Of a DNA stretch of 20,134 nucleotides, positions 7,601 through 16,600 are shown piece after piece. This stretch comes from Azolla caroliniana (Eukaryota > Plantae > Polypodiophyta). Where the stretch lies: the NCBI GenBank assembly GCA_043228905.1, contig JBHGNT010000579.1, positions 1 through 20,134 on the forward strand, in the 5' to 3' direction. A program made the position numbers and the translations under genes. The stretch's first letter is position 1, and the number at the start of each line of letters is the position of its first letter. A model generated the notes under the pieces. The model saw nothing but the letters and a program-made list of their open reading frames with translations, did not search any database and was not told the origin of the DNA.

Positions 7601-10600
7601 CCAACTTAACACAAAGAGCATGTTTTCATGATGTTTCAATGTAGAAGGGAGAGCTTATTTCTGTCCATGAAAGTCAGGGCAGTAGGCTGTTGGCAATAGG
7701 TTTCTTCTTTGTGTCATTCTTGGACATGGATCAGTTCTGTGATTAGGTCTTGATGGATTCCCTCAAGTATCTGTAAAATCTTTCGAGTATATACCCCTTT
7801 CGAGTAACACCAAAGGGTTTATTTGACACTCAAAATCTCTAGCTGGTGCCCCTACTTGTTTGTTAAAATTGTTACCATACAAAAGTTGTTACCTGCTACC
7901 GTTGATTCGTGGGCTCTTCGACCGGCTCCAAAGTGGACGTATATTCTCCAAAGTCAATATTTGAGGTGCTTACAACCTGGTTCCTATTAAGCCTGGTGGT
8001 GAATGGAAGGCCAGGTTTTTGAAACACTCTATGGGTAGTTTGAATATATGGCAATTGTTTGGGCTCACAAATGCACCTGCTGTTTTCCAACATATGATGA
8101 ATGACAACTTTCAAGAGTATTTAGATCAGTTGGTCATCGTCTATCTCAATGACATCCTAATCTTCTCACCAAAACTGGGGGAACGCACCCAACATGTTTA
8201 TCTAGTCCTCGTCGAACTCCAGGAATATGGACTTTACACCAAAAGTGAAAAATGTAAATTTGATAGTTATTCCGTAGAGTTTCTATCATTGGTTCAGATG
8301 GATAGATTGGGTAATAGCAGGCCACAATCAGTTGAATCACAGCTCTGTCATCCTTGTCATTGACAAATAAAGGCCACTCTCACCTTGCACTGAAGGTGAT
8401 TTCCTTGCTCTGGAATTCTTTGCATTTTGGAGCGGTTCATGTTGGAGATTCTTCAAAGGAAAGCATTTCGGTCTACCTAAATTTAGAATCTTAGGTGTTT
8501 ACATCACTAGATTCTAAGTAACCTATATGTAGTTGTATTTATTTTGGCCTGTTGTTTTCAAGATGAGACAACATTTTAAGATGCACTCTCTTGTTCGGTC
8601 TTCTAGGCCATTTTGGTCTCTTAAAAAATGTTCATATATCTTTCTTTCTTTCTTACTCAGCTCAAGTGGTAACAGTTTGATTGTTGAATGAAGAAACATT
8701 TTAAATTTAATAATTCAATGCTGAATTTACTCATTTCAGGCACTAATATCACATGACAAATTTGGACTTTTGATTCATGAGCTTTTGGTCATAGAGGTAT
8801 TCAATAGGATATTCATTTATTTCACAGTATTAAGCTCCATTCGTAGGTGCATTTGATTTTTAGTGTTTGTTCTACATGCCCATAAGAAACAGAACTAACA
8901 AAAATATCTTTTTTAGATATGGCTGGCGAAAGTATTTCCTAAAATTGCTCAAAAGGTTACAAGTGAATTTTCAACAGTTCACTTGACATTGAGTATCTAC
9001 CATGAAGGTTCCATAACCAACTTGCTGGAGGTATGAAACTTGGAGATTTAGGCTTTCATCTTATATATTCATATGTATTGTAGTGGACCACCTATTTTAA
9101 AACATTGCAGCCCAAATATGGTAAACCAATACTCTTACCAATCAAGTATGGAATGACAAGTTTTCCTTGTAAAGTTGATGTCCAAAAGCCAAAGGTTCTC
9201 GATCAGCCATATGATATGCATTACCTATCTCCACCTGAGAAATAAAGTGTTTTCTCATATGACAAGGTTTTCATATGAAGGGTCATATATCTTCCCAATT
9301 GAATTGAATTTAACATATGAATAATCAAACACAAAGGAAAATTACCCTTAGTATTCCTTTATGTAATCATTATGCAACATGCACAAATAACTTTCCTAAT
9401 TAGTAAATGCCAAAGTTCATCCACAAAAGGCTTCACAATGCTGTGGGAAAGAAATCAAGCAGAAAAATTATGCTATACATAACAAGTGCAACATTCACTC
9501 TGCTGATATTGTAGGATGTGTAGCTATATTCAAGGGATAATATCCAACCAAGATGTTTGACTTGGAATGATGCAAATTGATCTCAGGTACTCTTATATCA
9601 TCAAGATGCATGTGAGGCAATGGGATCAGATGCACTTCTTGAGGTATTTTTCTCATTAATTTTATCTTCGTAGCTATGGTGCATCTTGCGTGCACAGTTG
9701 AAATCATAATGTATTTTTTGGTTTTGAAGCTAAATGTTAGGCATTTCACCCATTTAAACTGAAATCCAAAGTCAACCTAACTAGAGAAATTGGGTCGTTG
9801 AGAATTAAAATGATATCTTATTGGATTTTAAATGATACCAGAGAAATCATCGTATTGAGTAGAGATACGATGACATCTAGTCCATTCTATGAATGAAGTG
9901 GTTGAAAAATATTGATGTTCCTTATGATCGATCATTCGGTGTATTCTCATTGCAATGGAGTGTTTTGTCGATGCTATGCTGTGGGTGGTTGAAATACATC
10001 TATGTTGCGTTGTTCCTTGGGATGGTGCATTTAGTAACATGCTTTGGATATGGCAGTCTAAAAAGTTAATGCGCCTTGAGATGGAATTTCTTTGATGTGT
10101 GAATTTGTGATCTAGTTTATGACTTTGATTATTTCTTTATTTGTTTTTGTATTGTGCCCCTTTCCTCTTTCTAATGGGGAAGTAATAAGATTTGTTGGAT
10201 ACACCATTATACACATCATGGTACTTTGAATTCCAGTCAGTTGGACTGGGAAAGAGGAAAAAGCTACACATTTGTAGCTTCTGCTGTCACATGCACCAGG
10301 CATGCAGTCACCTGAATTGAGTAGAAAATGCTACGTATTCATAGATGTATTAAGCATCAAATCAGGAATGTGTTAGTGCAGATGTAAGATCTGTTGTGGT
10401 TCCAGCCAGTCTATGTCGTCAAAGTTATCTGGTGCAGATCAAAACTAAGGCATGAGGGAGCAGCAAGCACTCAGAATGATTTACTGCATAAACAGATTCT
10501 GCCAATTATATGTTTGGAAAGAAATGTCGTTCCATCAGGATCATATTGGTCAGTGTGTTTGTCTGTTTAGCAATTGGATTTAGTCCTTGAGAAGTTTGAG

Positions 10601-13600
10601 TTTGCAATCTTCCACATGACTAGAGCAGAATGTACAGTTATGGAAACATGTCTCAAATAGAAACAGGGGAACTAAGTGTATGACACCTTTTCCTCTCTCA
10701 AGAAAAATTCTGGTTTTGATATAGTTATCCATACTTTAGCAAGATTGACTGACAAATATTTATCCATAAAATGACTTTAAAGCATTTAGATGTATTTGTA
10801 GCCCTCCAGAAAGTTGGAGATCAACGCAATGTCATTGGCATATAGTAGTATTAGTTTGGCGGCTCCTGCTAACCATGTTCCTGAACCATCCAGTCTCTCT
10901 ATGAATTTAGATATCTCATCTATATATAAATATTGTAGGGAGTGAGTGATGGTGGACATCCTTGTTTTACTCCAAATTTGCTAGCCACGATCTCTGACAA
11001 ACCAATAGGAGTGATACTTTTTGTGACTCTGATTTGTATAGTGCATAGATTCCCCATTGCATATCTGCTAGTACTCCAAGTGAACCTAGTTGCTGAATGA
11101 GCTGAGCATGTTGTGTTGTGTTGAAGGCTTCCAGACATCCACAAAGCAACAATAGATTCTCCTTTTATGGTTTCTTGCATCCTCAATAAAGGCTTGGGGG
11201 TCAATGTGTAGTCCAAAGTTGTGAAACACTTTCGGAAACCTGCCTGTCTGGCTTTCCAAAGTTAATGATGTTCTATATTGTCATAGAGGAATATTGAATT
11301 AAACTATAGCATAGTCATTCCTTAATAACATTAATTACAATAAATCTATTTCTAGTACCCTGCTAATGAATCTCAATATTATCTCTAGTGAAGGATGTTT
11401 TCATACTTGTATTAATCAACAGTTAGATTCTTACTTCAAGTTATTTTGATTGTGCAGCTGGCTGATTTTTGCTATCGCAAGCTTTTGTATCTCAATACAA
11501 ATGGAAAAGAAGATGTCACATATAAAGGTCTGTTTGTTTTCTGAAATAAATCTTTCATCCTTAAATACATCCTTACTGCTGTAAATCGGGGGTAATCTTC
11601 TATTTCATTTTATTCAAAAAATTGATGCTCTATTTATTTATTTCATAGAAATAAAGAAAGAAAGATATGCCAACATCTTTTTAGAGGCCAAAATGGCCTA
11701 TAAGACCAACAAGAGATTACATCTTCAATGTGGTCTCGTCTTTGAGAACAAGAAAGCAAAATAAATGTTACCGAGTAAAATAAATAAATAAGATAAACAG
11801 AGACTAAAGAATCCTGCTATTATTAATACATGTAAGATTCTCAAGTTAGATTGTAAATTTTTTTATCGAAAGATCTCTAGCATAGGCTGATCCAGAATGG
11901 AGAGGTCTCTGGATCGAATGTAGCACTTCTGATGGTCGGACATAATGGCCCTTATCTGTTGATGACAAGGTTGGTGAGATTGTGGTCCTCGAGGCCGGTC
12001 CTATGTGCACGGTAAATTTCTGTTGCCCAATCTATTGTAACCTGTTTGTTATGTCCTGGTCGAGAGCCCATTTGTGTAACCCTTGATTGACTTGTAGCAT
12101 GCGTAGGAGTGATGGGGCTAAAGAAAGTTGTGATTAGTCTTTGTTGATGAGCATGTGGTTCTACTATTGTCCTTCAACAAATTTTCCTTGTGTCTCTTGA
12201 GCTCTATCAAGAACCGTTGTGTCCAAGCACCGTTGCTCCTCATATTCCACTACCTTGCATAGTGGGCCAAAGCCTTGCTTAAAGAGGAAATGGTATCTCC
12301 CTTTTATTTTATAGAGAACTCTACAATGATAAACATAGTGTTCTTCAGATTCCACTCGTTAATGACACAATTGGCAAATTATTTCTTGTAGAGGTATTTA
12401 TGCATATCTACCTACCGCAATCTCTAACTGATATGATGAAGTTTGCAGCTGCCCTATCAAATTGTGCAGCGCGTAGAATAGATGTATGTCCATATAAGAT
12501 GGCCTGATGATGAATCCATCCTCTGATGTGTGTACAAAGTGAGTCTTATAGGGTGCCATCATGGTCTTTGTATTTCATTACCTTGCAAAGTGGACAAACG
12601 CCTTGCTTGAAGAGGTAGTGGTACCTCTCCCTTATTTTATAAAAAATAGTACAATAACGAAACTAGTGTTCTTTAAATTCCACATCCTGATGGCGTAATT
12701 GGCAAATCCGTTCATACTTTTGTGTGCACATCTGCCTCTCTCAATCTCTAATGTGGTGAAGGGTCCTGACTTACCCTATCAAACTGCGAAATTTATAAGA
12801 TAGATGCACATCCACATGAGAGGACCTTATGATAAATCCATTGTCATGTAAAAATAGGGTCTTAGAGTGCACCATCTCCTTGCTGATGATATCAGTTTGG
12901 ATCACTTGTTCTATTGTTTTCTAGTTTTATTTTGGTCATGTCCAAGTGTGGACATTCAAAGCTATGTTGGAATGGTGGTAGTGCATTTATAGTTAATGCG
13001 ATCCTTATACAAGCTTGTCTTGATTCCATCTTTTATTATTTGTAAACATTCACTGTGAAACCTACATCTGTTTAACAATTTAACAATTTCGATTTGACAT
13101 TTCTTTACTTCGGTACAATCTGTTTTGTAATTGTTCTGAGACAAACCGTACTCAAGTAGTTGTCTTATGATTTAGAAAAAAAAGCTAAAGATTTTGTCAA
13201 CATGACTATTCAACAGGAATTTGAAGAGAAGGTATATTGTATATGAAATATTACATGTGGATTTGATGGAATGTATTAGATAAAAATCTAAGTAATAAAT
13301 CAACTCAATTGAAAAATATGTTAACCTCTCTATGAACTCAATTTCAAATTTTCCTTGTAAAAATATCTTGGTACATCTTGTGATGGAAAAGTGTGCTAGC
13401 ACTGAAAATGTTACAAACCAATGAATTTAACTAGATTAGAAAACGGCCCAAGATACCAAATATTCCCCTTAGTGAAGCATGTAATGTTATGAGCTTAGAT
13501 TGACTGAAACTTTTGCATTCGAAAGATATCCAACATGGGCCAATCTAAGATCAAGAGATCTCTGAAGTAAAGGAAAGCATCTTCAGTGTCAGGTGACATT

Positions 13601-16600
13601 GTTCTTATCCGAAAACATCCTTGTTCATATTCCATTACCTTCAGGAGTGGGGCAAAACCCTGTTAAAAGTGGCACTAGTATCTCCCCCTTATTTAATAAG
13701 AAATTTACAGTGGCAGCCATAATGTCTCCAATCGAACAACCTAATCACTTTGTTCTGTTGATATGTTTCACTTCCCCCATTTCATGCACTATATAACTCT
13801 ATGTCATTGATGTAAAGAATAAAGAACACCAATGGGGGAAATCTTCCTTCATTTCGATGGTGCTAATTTATTTGAAAATCTGAAAAATCTCCTGCCTTGC
13901 TTTACCTTCTCTAATGATCCATCAAATTGTCAAGGTATGAGAGTCTACTTCAACTATTTCTGGCTTCTAGCTCTCACCCCCATGTTGGTGAGCCGATTTG
14001 GTTTAGCTCACGTTCTTGAAGTGACTCATACAACTAGGCACAATTATGTCCAGTAATTGTAGTCCTATAGTTCTCAACTCCATAAATCTTACAGATAGTG
14101 TAACATAAAATAAAGTTAAATATTCATTAACATCTTGAAAAGATCACACTAAGACATGAGATCTAACAAAGATTACAACTGCTTATGGTGATTCATGGGC
14201 ATGTTTTTAGGTATCATTCGCACGATTTCAGACAAGCATGTGTGCCTTGACAATATTACGGTAGTTTTCTCTATGTTTATAACAATTAGCTTAGATATAA
14301 AAATTTACTCTCGGTATATAAATGCAGGCATGGCTTAAATGGTGAACTGATTATGAGACAATGTGTAACATGCCTTACATATATTATGAGACAATGGTGG
14401 TTGCCTAGTGCAAGCTATCAAATCTCTTGTATATAGTATCAGTGGCGCAGTTTGCAATCATCTGTAGCTCTTTTTGTTGATATCTCTAATTGTATTATGA
14501 AAAAATAATTCTGCTTATAATTGTATGACCTTCCTAAAAATAAATTGATAGTAGACTTTACAAAGGGTCGTTGTTTGGAAATGAACCAAAATATTAAATT
14601 GTATGTAGAAACAGATTGAACATTCAAAGCATACCAAATCAACACTTTCAAGAGACTATTAGAACTTTATGATTCCTAAATGTATCGTTCATTTTAGGTA
14701 TCTAACGGATTACATCAATGTTTTACCACTGTGCATAATGGTAAGCTTGTGTCTCATTTCGTACTCTAGAGGCTAATGTTTATGTAGCATTAGCGATCCA
14801 AGTTAATATGATTATATTAATTTTTCCTTCAGGCACGTTTTATAGACAAACATGATGTTATCATGAGCCTTGTCCCATTAGTTGAAAATCCTCCATGGAG
14901 GAGAGAGTTTTGGAAAGGAAGCACGCTCATGGTAATCTTCTCATTTTTTTTGAATTAAAGCATTATTGTTTATTTCTTGTTTTCAAGTATGCGTTTCAAT
15001 CTATGTTGACATGGAAACAAACCATCTCTTGTTCCACTCTCTAAGCACTCTGTCAAGAACAACCATTTTGATCCCATCACCTTTTGTTGTTTCCTGTTTC
15101 TGAATGTCTGTATGACTATGGGGTAAATATGATTTTTGTTCTGATATATAATACCATTTACCCCATGGAAATCTGTATTTTTGTGTGAAAAGTAAATATC
15201 TATGTTATATATAAATTATGATTATTTTTTGCTTCTTTTAGATCGAGAAGTATGCTGAAGGAAAATGGTTACAAGTTTCAAAAGAAGACTATTTCAAGGT
15301 CACAAAATCTGACGCACAGGTCGACATAAAGTCTAATAGTGCATTGCCTTTTTCTAGTACTTTTAATAATATGCTTTATTACAAGAATCTAACCCTAATT
15401 ACAGGTTTGGCTAGCCATCTATAACCTCATAATGGAACCCAATTGCCGATCTCGATATAAGTACAACGATTTTCATCGTGATCAAGTTGTTAAGGTAGAA
15501 GCCAATGAAAGGCGTTCTTAGATGTTGTGAAGGAAATAGAAATTATCAATGCAGATAGAGTAGTTTGTAACAAACTGGAACCATAAATGCAAGAAATATT
15601 GCATGTTAATAAGAAATGGTAGAAAGGCCCTTTTTTGAGCTCAGTGATTACAAATAATATGGAAATGTCCTATTTATTCTTTGTCATCTGTGTAAAAGAT
15701 TTTCTGTTTCAGGCTTAATATAATTGCCACTAATATATGTTTTATCTGTATAGTTGCAAAAGCATCTTAATGATGTCCTTGTGGATCAGATTCCAATTTT
15801 AAAGGAACTTCAATGGGTATGTCTTTCTTGCAAATTAGTTTTGGGTGATTTTAGTTTACCGTAACTGAACAAATATTTTTGAATTAACTGTAGGTTCTAG
15901 AAGAGATTTCTCTCAATGTGAAGCCCAAATTTGAAGAGAAGCAAATAAACTCTTTAATTCTGGAACAGGTTATTAGAAAATATTTTGGAGTCGACTTTGT
16001 ACAAGCACATTATAAAGTGCATATTAAAGATGCTTTCAATTTTGTGTACTATATGAATCGACATAGACTTAATAATAATTATGTATAAATAATTTATAAT
16101 GTATTTATGCTAGGCATGGAGAGTTGTGTTCCATATCTTCTTATTTAGATGTATGTATTCTACATGCGTACACATGGCATTGATCTGTTGCTGAAACTTG
16201 CTGAAGTTTCTTACTAATTAGAAATAGCCCAGAGAAAGTATTCCTGATATTGGTTTATGTTTGACAGTTGAGTATGAAATAGTCTTCTGTGGCCATCCTC
16301 TTCATGGTTTACTAATTAGAAATAGCCCAGAAAAAGTATTCCGGATATTGGTTAAGGTTTGATGGTTTGAGTATGAAATAGTCATCTGTGGCCATCCTCT
16401 TCATGGTCAATAGCATACATAATCTTTTCCTTAGAGAGAGATATTCCTGAACTGAATTTACACATGCAGGTTCCTGTATTGAGAGAGAAATTGCTCGCGT
16501 CTAGAAATTGGGGTGAGTGAAACTCTCCTATCTTGAATGGAAAGGGCCAATTTATCCTAAGTGTTTATAGTGAAACCCTCCTATCTCTTAAGTAAGTATT

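Noticed and set aside
7762-8667. CTCAAGT on both sides of the gypsy-LINE composite as a target-site duplication
   Set aside because: Only 7 bp, offset from the tail end, and the left copy lies inside the integrase-like piece.
9100-10330. Nested antisense gene (acceptor-like sites at ~9236 and ~10312 on minus)
   Set aside because: Frames close quickly or give no recognisable protein, and I could not build a consistent exon chain.
13560-13800. Further LINE relic on minus (NFLLNKGEILVPLLT resembling ECLAPLLT)
   Set aside because: Similarity is too weak to call by eye; it needs TBLASTN/HMM.
15118-15166. 11-bp inverted repeat ATGGGGTAAAT/ATTTACCCCAT
   Set aside because: Short and isolated, with no TSD or second copy in the window.
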